Shown here: positions 1 through 9,499 of the stretch, one piece after another
Layout: each line of letters opens with the position of its first letter
How positions within the stretch are numbered: the first letter of the stretch is position 1
Assembly: GCA_944389265.1 (NCBI GenBank)
Contig: CALXLS010000001.1
Span: 82,359-146,358, forward strand
Length of the DNA: 64,000 nt
DNA from: an uncultured Alphaproteobacteria bacterium
GTDB lineage: Bacteria > Pseudomonadota > Alphaproteobacteria > Rs-D84
Direction of reading: 5' to 3'
Program-made: the position numbers and the translations under genes
Notes under the pieces: model-generated
Told to the model about the DNA's origin: nothing
The model's input: the letters and a program-made list of their open reading frames with translations, nothing else
The model's database searches: none

Positions 1-97
1 TAGGGTCTAAACCACTACATTTTGCCAAACCGGAACAAGACATTCCGTGTTCTGTCGCAAAGCGTTCTATTGCCCGCCATACATCTTCATGGGTCAT
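1..97 (-). CDS. HTH (XRE-type) transcriptional regulator; only the N-terminal 32 codons lie in the window and the gene continues past the window start
   Basis: Minus-strand ATG at 95-97 preceded by GGAGAG. Reads MTHEDVWRAIERFATEHGMSCSGLAKCSGLDP, a typical HTH_3 helix-turn-helix. It resembles the N-termini of alphaproteobacterial phage-repressor-like/S24 regulators (recollection). Confidence 0.45.
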   Translation of the reverse strand, partial: MTHEDVWRAIERFATEHGMSCSGLAKCSGLDP

Positions 98-257
98 TTT
101 TTCTCTCCTCTGGTTAAAAATAATATCCAGTCTTTGGATCTTTTTACCTATTACTGATTTTATTCAAGGGGCGAATTCTTATCAATAAGGACCATTTCCT
201 AACAAGTCCGCCATTTTAATAAAAAATAACAAAATAATTTTTTTTTGACAAAAATAC

Positions 258-481
258 TTGACAAATATGATTTTATGTATTACATTTCGATTCGTCAAAG
301 GGGAAACCTGATGACAGGTGTGAAAGCACCATGGGGTTCGGGGATTCAGACTCCCTCCTACATTCTCTCTCCTCTGGACTCTGGGCCCCAAAAAATTAGT
401 TTAGAATGCCCAATTTCTTTTTCTCCTTTCCTTCCTTTCGGGGCATTCGGAAACACCGCCGGAAACGGCGGCGTTTTTTTA
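258..481 (+). ncRNA. Candidate small non-coding RNA: a promoter-to-terminator unit with no credible ORF; identity unknown
   Basis: TTGACA(258-263)-17 nt-TACATT. About 190 nt of GC-richer sequence with CU-rich tracts ends in the intrinsic terminator CCGCCG-GAAA-CGGCGG plus T7. The overlapping six-frame ORFs have non-protein-like composition. The flanking genes are on the opposite strand. Confidence 0.2.
454..481 (+). terminator. Rho-independent terminator
   Basis: 6-bp GC stem CCGCCG/CGGCGG, GAAA loop, then TTTTTTT. Confidence 0.5.
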
Positions 482-492
482 TGTATTTTCTT

Positions 493-1416
493 TTATTTCT
501 GAAAAACTGCAAATAATTCCCAGTGAATACTTCCAACAAACTGGTCTACGGGGCATAATTCTTTTAATTTATACCCACCTTTTATTAAAATATCAGAATC
601 CCTTTTAAATGTCTCCGGATTACAAGAAACATAGATAACGCGCGGAACTGCACTCTTTACCAGTTCTTTACACTGCGCAAGTGCACCAGCACGAGGTGGG
701 TCCATAACTACACAATCATATTGCTTTAACATACCAACGGTCAGCGGATTTTTAAACAAATCTCGTTTTATACCAGTACCAACTATATCAAAACCATCCG
801 CATTCAGCGCAAAAGTAAAATTACCAAGTCCACAAAATAAATCCGCTACTTTTTTTGCACCTTTTGCGGCTTCTACAACCATATTTCTTAAAAAACTTTC
901 ACTTTCTGCTGTAGGTTGCAAAAATGCACCTATTGGATATTCTACTTTTGTCCCAGCAAAATCAATAATTGGTATTGCGGTTTGTTTTACCGTCTTACCG
1001 TTCCAAGTTATTCTTATCGCATCCAGCAAATCCGCAGCTTTCTTGAATTCAGTTGAAAAATAAGGAGTTGGCGAAGTAATTGTTATATCTATCCCGTTTT
1101 CACATACTGTTATCAAACATGAACCTGTACTGCCCCACGGTAACGCAGCAACTTTCGGCAAGATATTATTTATTGCAGGTAATAATAAAGGACAATCTCT
1201 TACTGGAACTATCGTTTTAGAACGAAACTGATAAAAACCGAATTTACCGTCTGCAAATGCAAAATCTGCCCTGCGTCTAGTATTCGTAGCCGTCCAAAAA
1301 GCGTCTTTTGTTATCGCAAAATCCTTTAACAACGACATTTTCTTGTCATGATAATCAGGTGCCGTAAAATCGTATTTACAGCCACCACAAATACCAAAAA
1401 AAGGACACTGTTTCAT
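493..1416 (-). CDS. SAM-dependent RNA (uracil-C5)-methyltransferase, TrmA/RumA (RlmC/RlmD-like) family
   Basis: N-terminal Cys cluster CPFFGICGGCKY. Class I methyltransferase motifs DLFCGLGNFTFALN, VVMDPPRAG, and the C-terminal CNPETF…GYKL…PVDQFVGSIHWELFAVF. Confidence 0.65.
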   Translation of the reverse strand: MKQCPFFGICGGCKYDFTAPDYHDKKMSLLKDFAITKDAFWTATNTRRRADFAFADGKFGFYQFRSKTIVPVRDCPLLLPAINNILPKVAALPWGSTGSCLITVCENGIDITITSPTPYFSTEFKKAADLLDAIRITWNGKTVKQTAIPIIDFAGTKVEYPIGAFLQPTAESESFLRNMVVEAAKGAKKVADLFCGLGNFTFALNADGFDIVGTGIKRDLFKNPLTVGMLKQYDCVVMDPPRAGALAQCKELVKSAVPRVIYVSCNPETFKRDSDILIKGGYKLKELCPVDQFVGSIHWELFAVFQK

Positions 1417-1422
1417 ATTACC

Positions 1423-2070
1423 TTAAAAGTTTACACGTGCACCCACACGAAACTGATGCGCAACAGGCGCAAAATCTGATATCACATTAAACTTTGGGGA
1501 AAACATATACAAATATCTATATCCAAAATCTAATGCAAAATGATTTCCCATTTCAACGCCAATACCTGCCAAAACAGACGCAACGGGTGATATTTTATTT
1601 TCTATTGTCACATCTTCTACTGAATTCCAAGAAATACCAGCACCAACACCAACATAAGGTACTAAACGCTGTCTATAAAAAAGACGATACATATTATCAA
1701 TTCTTGCATCAAACAGCGCGTTTACCATCGCGGTTTCACCCGTCATTTCAAATGCGTTCCATTTTGCGACTGTATGCGCATAATTTGCTTCTAATCTAAA
1801 AATATCGAACAATCTAATACCTGCAACCGCATCAAAAGAAGATGTGTTTTTACCGCTTATACTAACCGCATCATCTGCACCATTATCCCACATAGAAAAA
1901 GTATACATTCCACCAACATAAAAACGATAATCACGCGCAAAAGCCTCTGCATCATATCCAGACACCGATTCTTCTGGTGGCATATTAATTTGTTCCACAC
2001 GATAAGGGATAGCCGCATTCGCTGTCATCGGCAATATGCACAACAAACTAAATAATATTTTATTTTTCAT
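1423..2070 (-). CDS. Outer-membrane beta-barrel protein (OmpA-like / Omp25-Omp31-type porin family)
   Basis: Signal peptide MKNKILFSLLCILPMTANA; alternating amphipathic strands; C-terminal aromatic residue (…RVGARVNF). Confidence 0.55.
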   Translation of the reverse strand: MKNKILFSLLCILPMTANAAIPYRVEQINMPPEESVSGYDAEAFARDYRFYVGGMYTFSMWDNGADDAVSISGKNTSSFDAVAGIRLFDIFRLEANYAHTVAKWNAFEMTGETAMVNALFDARIDNMYRLFYRQRLVPYVGVGAGISWNSVEDVTIENKISPVASVLAGIGVEMGNHFALDFGYRYLYMFSPKFNVISDFAPVAHQFRVGARVNF

Positions 2071-2088
2071 TTTTTTAACCCTTACCTT

Positions 2089-2853
2089 TTAGAAATTTGC
2101 ACGGAATGATGCCATAATATTGCTGATATTATCAACACCACCTGCACGAACATCCCAACCGAAACCGTTACCTATCATCATCTGATACTGATACATAATA
2201 TCAATACCAATTAAATCATTCAGCATAACATTAAAACCTAATGTTGCACGTGGTGCAGCAATCACAAAACCATCCGCACCACCTGTGCCATCAAATTGAT
2301 ATTGCCCGAAACCTGCCCCCAAACCCATAAACGGCACAAAAGTTCTGCGCCTTGTTATGTCACCAGTTTGAACATATCTACGTGCAAAATCAAAATATAG
2401 CATTCCACCAAGAGTTCTATAATTAGCCTGAATATCATCTAAATCAGAAAATTTAAATGTAGATTCTTGGAAATCTATTTCCGTACGAACATATGAAGAC
2501 AAGTTCCAACCCAAACCAACCAGAGTTGACCAACTGCCCGAACTTTCGTATTCTTTCGTTCCAACTTTTGCCTTATCCGTTGCAAAACCTAGATTAAAAC
2601 CACCACCCATACGAACATACATAGAAGTCGGTATAAACATCTGTATATCTGTATTTTGTACTGCATCTGCAGACTGATAAACATCCAGCCCCAATTCACC
2701 CGGTGCAGGGTCTGCAACTTCTGCATTAGCACGAGCACCAACCAAATCAAGTCCTTCTAATATTTCTGCTTGGAAGACTTCCCCGTCATACGCCGCAAAA
2801 GCCGGTGAAGACAGTAAGGCGGCAAACATACCAAAATACGATATTTTTTTCAT
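2089..2853 (-). CDS. Outer-membrane beta-barrel protein (porin-family paralogue)
   Basis: Signal peptide MKKISYFGMFAALLSSPAFA at the internal ATG; the listed ORF begins at an upstream GTG. Ends …SFRANF. Confidence 0.55.
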   Translation of the reverse strand: MKKISYFGMFAALLSSPAFAAYDGEVFQAEILEGLDLVGARANAEVADPAPGELGLDVYQSADAVQNTDIQMFIPTSMYVRMGGGFNLGFATDKAKVGTKEYESSGSWSTLVGLGWNLSSYVRTEIDFQESTFKFSDLDDIQANYRTLGGMLYFDFARRYVQTGDITRRRTFVPFMGLGAGFGQYQFDGTGGADGFVIAAPRATLGFNVMLNDLIGIDIMYQYQMMIGNGFGWDVRAGGVDNISNIMASFRANF

Positions 2854-2942
2854 ATTTTTCTCACTCACATAATTATTATCAATAAAATTTTATCATAAAA
2901 ACAAACTTGATTCCAGCCTGATTTATTCGTACCATTAAACAT

Positions 2943-3767
2943 ATGAAGAAAAACATAAATAAAAAAATTGCATTAGTTGCTGGCGCATTAGGCCTTCCTT
3001 TTTATACGCGTGATGCATTGCGTAAAAATGGCTGGGATGTTTATGTTGTCGGTTTAAAAAATTTTTACGACCCAAAATTAAAACCTGATATAGTTGTAAG
3101 ACTTGGTGGTGGCGGACGTGCAATACGCGAATTCAAAAAACGTGGCATAAAAAAACTGACATTCGTCGGTGCAATCGGTCACCCTAACCTATCAGACATA
3201 AGACCAGATTTTTGGTCACTATTTGTATTAATCAATGTTCTTAGACATCAACGGGGGTATGATTCTATGGCAGTTGCTTTAAATAAAGAACTAGAAAAGC
3301 GCGGTTTTGAAATAATTGCCGCACAAGATATCGCACCAGAACTTGCATTTGAAAAAGCAGGTATACAAACAAAACTTAAACCTTCCGCACGCGACAAAAA
3401 AGACATTGAACGCGCAATAGAAGTGTCTCATACAATCGGTGCAGCAGATATAGGTGCTTCCGTAGTTGTAGACAAACAAGTTGTCGCAGTCGAAGCCGCA
3501 GAAGGCACAGCAAAAATGCTTGAACGTGTTGTAGAAATGCGTAAGAACAATAAAAAAATCAGCGGTGTTTTTGCAAAAATGACAAAACCAGGCCAAGATT
3601 TAAGAATAGACATTCCTGCAATCGGTGTTGATACAGTAAACGCTGTTGCAGCGGCAAAACTACGCGGTATAATTGTAAATACAAAAACCTGCTTTGTTGT
3701 TAATAAACCAGCGGTTATAAAACAGGCAAATAAACTTGGGATCTTTATCGTCGCAATAGACGAATAA
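2943..3767 (+). CDS. lpxI: UDP-2,3-diacylglucosamine pyrophosphatase LpxI (DUF1009 family)
   Basis: KIALVAGALGLPFY…VVGLKNF…VRLGGGGRAIREFKKRGIKKLTFVGAI…IAAQDI…IGAADIGASVVVDKQVVAVEAAEGT matches the LpxI family known from Caulobacter-type lipid A pathways. Confidence 0.6.
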   Translation: MKKNINKKIALVAGALGLPFYTRDALRKNGWDVYVVGLKNFYDPKLKPDIVVRLGGGGRAIREFKKRGIKKLTFVGAIGHPNLSDIRPDFWSLFVLINVLRHQRGYDSMAVALNKELEKRGFEIIAAQDIAPELAFEKAGIQTKLKPSARDKKDIERAIEVSHTIGAADIGASVVVDKQVVAVEAAEGTAKMLERVVEMRKNNKKISGVFAKMTKPGQDLRIDIPAIGVDTVNAVAAAKLRGIIVNTKTCFVVNKPAVIKQANKLGIFIVAIDE

Positions 3768-3792
3768 AAAACCGGGATTTCCCGGTTTTTTA
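3766..3792. terminator. Bidirectional intrinsic terminator between the convergent lpxI and PPIase-lipoprotein genes
   Basis: AAAAAA-CCGGGA-TTT-CCCGG-TTTTTT. Confidence 0.5.
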
Positions 3793-4119
3793 TTCTTTTA
3801 TAATATTCTTTACAGTCACTTTAAATACCACATCTTTTCCTGCCAATTCAGGATAATAATCTTGCGGGAAAGTAATATTAACATCACGAGTTTCACCCAA
3901 TTCCACACCGATTAATTGATCTTCAAAACCAGGTACAAATTTGCCGCTACCTAATTTTAGTGGGAAACCAGTTGCTGTACCGCCTTCAAACTGAACACCA
4001 TCCATATAACCCGCAAAATCAATAACAACTGTATCACCTTTTTGAGCACCAGCATTACTATCACATGCGCCCAAAAATAAAGCACCACAAACTGCAAATG
4101 CAGACATAAGTTTTTTCAT
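3790..4119 (-). CDS. Small lipoprotein with a trigger-factor-type FKBP peptidyl-prolyl isomerase domain
   Basis: Lipobox [67 protein letters not shown] is collinear with the E. coli trigger-factor PPIase domain ([42 protein letters not shown]…). SD AAAGGGG precedes the start. Confidence 0.55.
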   Translation of the reverse strand: MKKLMSAFAVCGALFLGACDSNAGAQKGDTVVIDFAGYMDGVQFEGGTATGFPLKLGSGKFVPGFEDQLIGVELGETRDVNITFPQDYYPELAGKDVVFKVTVKNIIKE

Positions 4120-4147
4120 TTACTACCCCTTTGTTTTAGAAAAATAC

Positions 4148-4711
4148 CTAGTTTATATAAACACATCTAAAACCATATTCACGCATCGTTGCCCCCTCTG
4201 CCTCGATACGATAATCAAAATACGGTGTCGGACGCATTACATCAAAAGACGGTCTGTCATAAACCATCACTATACTATCCGCATTTCTACCACAGATACG
4301 TTTCATTTCATAATCTGCAACTTTTGCTAATATAGTACGTGAATCGCCATCAACATCCATACCGTCAGCATTTTGCATCAAACGCAAACGCATTTCACGC
4401 AAATCCGTATTACCCAATAAAATTTCTACTCGAACCATGGTACCACGATATTCCTGCCAACGCGTTTCCTTTCGTGAAGTTGCCCATCTATTATCACTCT
4501 GCTCTTTTTCTTCTGCTGTTTTGGGTTTATAAGAATCAATATTAGAATACTGATTTTCAGATTGCATAAACTCACTTGTACGTTCGTTATAAAGCGGTGC
4601 ATCTGCACCACCCTGCGCAAAATCAACCTCATTATAAGGAGCATCCTTATCACTGGCACATGCACCCAACATAAACGCAGTACAAATCATAAAAAGCAAG
4701 GTTTTCTTCAT
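4148..4711 (-). CDS. Lipoprotein of unknown function
   Basis: Internal start MKKTLLFMICTAFMLGACASD (lipobox LGAC). No recognisable catalytic motif. Confidence 0.4.
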   Translation of the reverse strand: MKKTLLFMICTAFMLGACASDKDAPYNEVDFAQGGADAPLYNERTSEFMQSENQYSNIDSYKPKTAEEKEQSDNRWATSRKETRWQEYRGTMVRVEILLGNTDLREMRLRLMQNADGMDVDGDSRTILAKVADYEMKRICGRNADSIVMVYDRPSFDVMRPTPYFDYRIEAEGATMREYGFRCVYIN

Positions 4712-4751
4712 ATTAATCTCTCTTTTTTTTAATTTTATCAAATAAACCTTT

Positions 4752-5747
4752 TTGATTCAAGTCACGATTTATGATAAAATTATATATATGGCAAATGTAG
4801 TACTTGAATCTTTATTAAAACCATTGGAAGAATTTTACAAACCTTCTTTCGTGGAAGAAATCGCAATAAATCACGCAGGCGAAGTATGGATGCGATTGCA
4901 TGGTGCCCGTGTTCCATGGGTTTCTTATAATTCAGAAACCTTAACAAAACAATATCTTATAGACTTAATTCATACTGTTGCAAATATATATGAGAGACCT
5001 TTCGACCCTGTACACGGTATGCCTGTAGTTTACGCAACACTTCCTGGAAACCACAGATTTACCGCTATTGCAGGTCCGAACGTTCAATATGACGAACAAG
5101 ATGTAACGGGGGGGGTAGCATTAAATATCCGCGGTACAAGTGCACCCGACACAAGTTTTGAAAATTATCACTTGCGTCGCGGCGAAAAACTGCTAAAAGT
5201 AAAACCACGTGAATCTGTAAGGCCAGACGACCCATACGACAGACTTATGCACGCCATTAATGATGGCAGTCCTATTTTAATCAGTGGTGCCACAGCAACT
5301 GGTAAAACAACTTTCTTAAACCATATGCTGACATTAATTGATCAAAATAGTCGTGTCATAACCGTAGAAGACGCTCGCGAAATCAGAGTACCGCAAAAGA
5401 ACAGAGTACACTTTGTTTTATCTAGAACAGAACAAACAAATGATTTTAATTACGCGCGTCTTTTGGATTTAGTTGTTCGTATGACCCCTGACGTAATAAT
5501 CGGTGGTGAAATATCTACCGATAACGCAGCTGTATTATGGGAAATGCTGGGAACGGGTCATGACCACTTCTATACAACGATTCACGCAGAAAGTGCAGAA
5601 GCCGCATATGCTGCATTTGCAGATAGAATTTTGCATACCCAACCAGCATACGACAGAAGCGATTTAATTGCGGAAATGAAAAAGAAAATCCGCGTTGTAC
5701 AATTATCTCGCGATGGCAGCCTGCGCGCAGTAACTGAAGTTGTTTAA
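4752..5747 (+). CDS. VirB11/TrbB-family secretion-ATPase-like protein (orphan); the start may be the ATG at 4788
   Basis: Walker A ISGATATGKTTFLN. Walker B/Asp box VIIGGEIST…EA. His box TTIHAES. About 330 aa, the size of VirB11/TrbB. No other T4SS or pilus genes are nearby. Confidence 0.55.
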   Translation: MIQVTIYDKIIYMANVVLESLLKPLEEFYKPSFVEEIAINHAGEVWMRLHGARVPWVSYNSETLTKQYLIDLIHTVANIYERPFDPVHGMPVVYATLPGNHRFTAIAGPNVQYDEQDVTGGVALNIRGTSAPDTSFENYHLRRGEKLLKVKPRESVRPDDPYDRLMHAINDGSPILISGATATGKTTFLNHMLTLIDQNSRVITVEDAREIRVPQKNRVHFVLSRTEQTNDFNYARLLDLVVRMTPDVIIGGEISTDNAAVLWEMLGTGHDHFYTTIHAESAEAAYAAFADRILHTQPAYDRSDLIAEMKKKIRVVQLSRDGSLRAVTEVV

Positions 5748-5760
5748 AAGAGGTAAAAAA

Positions 5761-5991
5761 ATGATATATGATGATGAAATAGTTGTGTACCCAGATATGT
5801 CGAAATCTGAAGAAGAGATACAAAGAATCTTGAAAGAAAATGAAGAGGCAAAAATTCGTCACTCTTTACGCCGTGAAGAAGAAAGATTTGCTGCCCCAAG
5901 TACAATTGACCATATTATAAATTGTATAATAAAAACAAAACGATTTTTAAATAACGTTCATTTATCTTCTTTCAGACAAAGAACAAAATAA
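5761..5991 (+). CDS. Hypothetical small charged protein (76 aa)
   Basis: AGAGG six nt upstream of the ATG at 5761. Followed by the terminator at 6003-6030. No homology recognised. Confidence 0.3.
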   Translation: MIYDDEIVVYPDMSKSEEEIQRILKENEEAKIRHSLRREEERFAAPSTIDHIINCIIKTKRFLNNVHLSSFRQRTK

Positions 5992-6002
5992 AAAGAATAT
6001 TT

Positions 6003-6030
6003 AAAAGCCCCAAAACGGGGCTTTTTTTAA
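6003..6030. terminator. Bidirectional intrinsic terminator
   Basis: AAAAGCCCC-AAAAC-GGGGCTTTTTTT. Confidence 0.5.
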
Positions 6031-6347
6031 TTTAATAATTTAGACTTCATTCTTTCATATTCTTCTTTTGTGATCGCTTTATCTTTATACAATTTTGATA
6101 ATTTTTCTAATCTATCCAGATTATCTTTACCTTCTACACAATCACCGTGCCAAACCAAAGACAGAATCAATGCGACAAACCATGTAATTCCAAAGAATAT
6201 GCCAAGCCACGACAAAACGATAATTGCGGTTTTTTCACTGCCACAAATGCCACGCGCGTTTGCAATCATAATTGGTATGCACAATATTACCAAACATACA
6301 ACAACCAAGAAAAACATTACTATAAAAGCCATGATTACTTCCCCCAT
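6027..6347 (-). CDS. Small membrane protein with a C-terminal SHOCT-like motif
   Basis: AAGGAG precedes ATG(MGEVIMAFIV…). Two TM helices, then LEKLSKLYKDKAITKEEYERMKSKLL, a SHOCT-type short C-terminal motif. Confidence 0.4.
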   Translation of the reverse strand: MGEVIMAFIVMFFLVVVCLVILCIPIMIANARGICGSEKTAIIVLSWLGIFFGITWFVALILSLVWHGDCVEGKDNLDRLEKLSKLYKDKAITKEEYERMKSKLLN

Positions 6348-6405
6348 TTTTGCTCCTTTTATATACATATTATATGTACACAAATAACCTATTTCAATAG
6401 GAATA

Positions 6406-8613
6406 CTACATAAAATTCTGTGGGTTTACATCTATCTTTACCCTGACATTCGCAGGGACTTTCACCTTCCTCATCCAATGTTTTACAACCGCTTGTAAAT
6501 TAGAACGTACATCACCTGTAACAAGGAACCGCATTCTATACCAATTCCTTATCTGATAAACTTGCGCTGCAATAGGCCCCATTATCTTTACCCCGTTTGC
6601 AGAAGGTGCTGCATCAGATAAAACAGAACAAAACTTTTTTAAGATAGATTCTTTTTCGGCTTCTATAATTATTGCAATTAATTGCCCGTATGGTGGCATT
6701 TTTGCCGCACGCCTTGCCGCCATATCCGCATTCATAAACTCGTCCCTGTTGCCTGCACATATCGCTTGCAATACAGGATGGTCTGGCTGATATGTCTGCA
6801 TTAAAACCTTACCCGGAATTTCACCACGACCTGCACGTCCTGCAACCTGAAACAGTTGCTGAAAAGTATGTTCAGCCGCACGAAAATCTGTACCAAATAA
6901 TCCCATATCTGCATCAACCACACCCACCAAAGTCAAATTAGGAAAATGATGTCCTTTTGCCAAAATCTGTGTTCCAATAACAACATCTATTTCACCGCTT
7001 TCCATTTTACCAACAAGTCTTTCTAAGGCCTGTCGTGACATCATTGTATCACTAGACACCAGCGCAGTCTTTGCATTCGGGAATTTTACATTTACTTCCT
7101 CTTGTATTTTTTCTAGCCCTGCCCCACGCATAGAAACCGCGTCACCACAATTCGGACATTTTTCAGGCAAAGCAGACATACGCCCACACATATGACACAA
7201 CAATTTATTCAAATGTTTATGATAAGTCATACCAACACTGCAATCTGGGCATGTCGAAACCCAGCCGCATTTCTTACACTGAACAATAGGTGCAAAACCA
7301 CGACGGTTTATAAACAACATAACTTGTTGTCCCGCATTCAACGTATCTTGCATAGCATTACATAAATCTGGCGATAAATACCCTGTTCTTACAGGTGCGT
7401 CTTTTTCTTCATCTGGCAGATTATACCCAACAGGCCTATTTTGTCTTATATCAATAGTTTCTATTGTTGGTAAAGTTGCCCCACCAAACCGAGAAGTTAA
7501 CTTTAATCTGCTGTATTTTCCAACTGCGACATTTTCTAATGTTTCAGCAGATGGGGTTGCACTGGCCAACACTACTGGAAATCCCGCAATTTTTGCGCGC
7601 AAAACCGCCATATCACGCGCATGATAATTTCCCATATCTTCTTGTTTATAAGAACCGTCATGTTCTTCGTCTATTACTATCAAACCTAAATTCTGCCATG
7701 GTAAAAATAAAGCACTGCGCGTACCGACAACCATTTTGATTTCACCGCGCGATACCCCACGCCATATCTCACGCCTGCGCGCAGCAGTTAAATTACTGTG
7801 CCATACAACTGGTGGGGCACCAAACCTATGTTCGTACCTGGACATAAATTGCGCCGTTAATGCAATTTCTGGCATCATTAATAAAACTGATTTTCCTTTC
7901 TGATATGCCCGCCACGCAGAATCAAAATAAACCTGCGTTTTACCGCTGCCAGTAATACCGTCTAACAAGAATACAGAAAAACCACCGCTATTAATTGCTT
8001 TACCTATTACATCAGCCGCTTTACTTTGTTCTTCGTTTAATTTAACTGTTCCCATGTCTTTGTACTGATAAATAAATGATTTCTGCTCTTTTGCACGACT
8101 GTCACTTAAAACCAATGTACCGTTCTTTATCATAGTACGAACAACCGAAGAACTAACATGTGATATATTTTGAATATCTGATACAGACATGGCTTCATTA
8201 TCATTAGAAGCAAAAGCATCTGCAACTGATTGCCTTGCTTCTGTCATACGTATTTTGTCGTCATGTTTAAATGTATACAAAGGTTCTATACGCGGCGGCA
8301 AAAATGCGTCAGGAACATTTATTATTAGTCTTAAAACTGCCCCTGGGGTCATCAATGTCCATTCAGACATTTTCTGTATCCACTGTAAATCTTCGACAGA
8401 CAGACCAAAATCAAAAACCTCTGAAACGCTTTTTATTTTTGATTCAGGCAGTCCACTATCCCCAATACCATATACCACCCCGATATAAGGTCTGTTCATA
8501 ACACTAACCCGAACAAAATTTCCTAGTTCCGCATCAGCATTTAGCCGGTAATCATAACCAGCATTTACAACATTAGGTATTAAGATTTTTACTATTTCAC
8601 CCGCTTTGAACAT
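6406..8613 (-). CDS. priA: Primosomal protein N' (PriA replication-restart helicase); an alternative GTG start lies at 8619
   Basis: Walker A LLDGITGSGKTQVY. DEEH box VIDEEHD. Zinc-binding Cys cluster CKKCGW…CPDC…CHMCG…CPNCG. Helicase C-terminal motifs. Confidence 0.85.
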   Translation of the reverse strand: MFKAGEIVKILIPNVVNAGYDYRLNADAELGNFVRVSVMNRPYIGVVYGIGDSGLPESKIKSVSEVFDFGLSVEDLQWIQKMSEWTLMTPGAVLRLIINVPDAFLPPRIEPLYTFKHDDKIRMTEARQSVADAFASNDNEAMSVSDIQNISHVSSSVVRTMIKNGTLVLSDSRAKEQKSFIYQYKDMGTVKLNEEQSKAADVIGKAINSGGFSVFLLDGITGSGKTQVYFDSAWRAYQKGKSVLLMMPEIALTAQFMSRYEHRFGAPPVVWHSNLTAARRREIWRGVSRGEIKMVVGTRSALFLPWQNLGLIVIDEEHDGSYKQEDMGNYHARDMAVLRAKIAGFPVVLASATPSAETLENVAVGKYSRLKLTSRFGGATLPTIETIDIRQNRPVGYNLPDEEKDAPVRTGYLSPDLCNAMQDTLNAGQQVMLFINRRGFAPIVQCKKCGWVSTCPDCSVGMTYHKHLNKLLCHMCGRMSALPEKCPNCGDAVSMRGAGLEKIQEEVNVKFPNAKTALVSSDTMMSRQALERLVGKMESGEIDVVIGTQILAKGHHFPNLTLVGVVDADMGLFGTDFRAAEHTFQQLFQVAGRAGRGEIPGKVLMQTYQPDHPVLQAICAGNRDEFMNADMAARRAAKMPPYGQLIAIIIEAEKESILKKFCSVLSDAAPSANGVKIMGPIAAQVYQIRNWYRMRFLVTGDVRSNLQAVVKHWMRKVKVPANVRVKIDVNPQNFM

Positions 8614-8682
8614 ACCCACAAAGTACTTGTTTTTTTCGTTTTTTTCAATACCATTTATAACATAATTTAAAAGGCTTATTTT

Positions 8683-9411
8683 ATGTGGAAATTATTTTTT
8701 GAAATCTGTGATTTTCTTTGCAACTTTATTCCAAACCGCAAGACCCAAGAACGTATCCGTAAAGAAAATTTATATGATTGGAAGAAAAAGTATCAAGCAC
8801 TAAAAAAGCATTACCCAGAACTTAATTTCCGCGGCACTAAAATGATAAAAGGTGGCTGGAATATCGGTTTTATCGTAGATAAAAAATACGTCTTTAAAAT
8901 AAGAAAGGCTTTTGACCAATCGGCTAAAACAGAAAAAATCATGCGCGAAAAACGTATTACAGACGCTTTTGCAAAAGTTGTGCCATTGCGCATACCTAAA
9001 ATAGAAATAGTAAAAGCAGGACAATACACCTTCTTTAAGTATGACTTTATCCCAGGAAAAAATTTAAACACATTTTCATTAAAAACTATTAATAAATATA
9101 AAAAAGAATGGGCAAAACAATTAGCAGAATTTATATTTGCTATGCACAATTATATACCAAAAGAAATAGATGATTTACGCGGCGATGCGGTCGGTGATGG
9201 GTGGAACCATAATGATATATGCAACAATATAATTGTAGATAAAAAAACAATGAAAATTGTCGGGCTTATAGACTGGGAATATTCTGGTTGGAATACACTT
9301 GAAAACGAATTTAGGAACTGTGTCGCTTTTTCTAAAAAAATGCAGGACTCTGATATTCTAACAAATATTAAAAGCGAGTATAAAAAATTAAAAGACGCTA
9401 AATCAAAATAA
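8683..9411 (+). CDS. Phosphotransferase-family protein (APH/choline-kinase-like), 242 aa
   Basis: Catalytic loop WNHNDICNNIIVD and IDWEYSGWN, Brenner-type motifs of the PF01636 choline-kinase/APH fold. Embedded in a very A+T-rich segment. Confidence 0.45.
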   Translation: MWKLFFEICDFLCNFIPNRKTQERIRKENLYDWKKKYQALKKHYPELNFRGTKMIKGGWNIGFIVDKKYVFKIRKAFDQSAKTEKIMREKRITDAFAKVVPLRIPKIEIVKAGQYTFFKYDFIPGKNLNTFSLKTINKYKKEWAKQLAEFIFAMHNYIPKEIDDLRGDAVGDGWNHNDICNNIIVDKKTMKIVGLIDWEYSGWNTLENEFRNCVAFSKKMQDSDILTNIKSEYKKLKDAKSK

Positions 9412-9499
9412 TATTGATTTTATTCATATTTAAAATTGACAAAACAATATTTTTTGTATAATATATTATTATGCAAGCAATAATTCAAAGGTATCAAGT

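Noticed and set aside
182-502. Six-frame ORFs 245-502 (+, 85 aa) and 182-391 (-, 69 aa)
   Set aside because: Their composition is not protein-like (Pro/Gly/Ser runs from CU-rich DNA), there is no SD, and they lie inside a promoter-to-terminator unit better explained as a candidate ncRNA.
3291-3613. Antisense ORFs inside lpxI (3291-3596, 3428-3613)
   Set aside because: Cys/Phe-rich low-complexity translations of the opposite strand of a well-supported gene.
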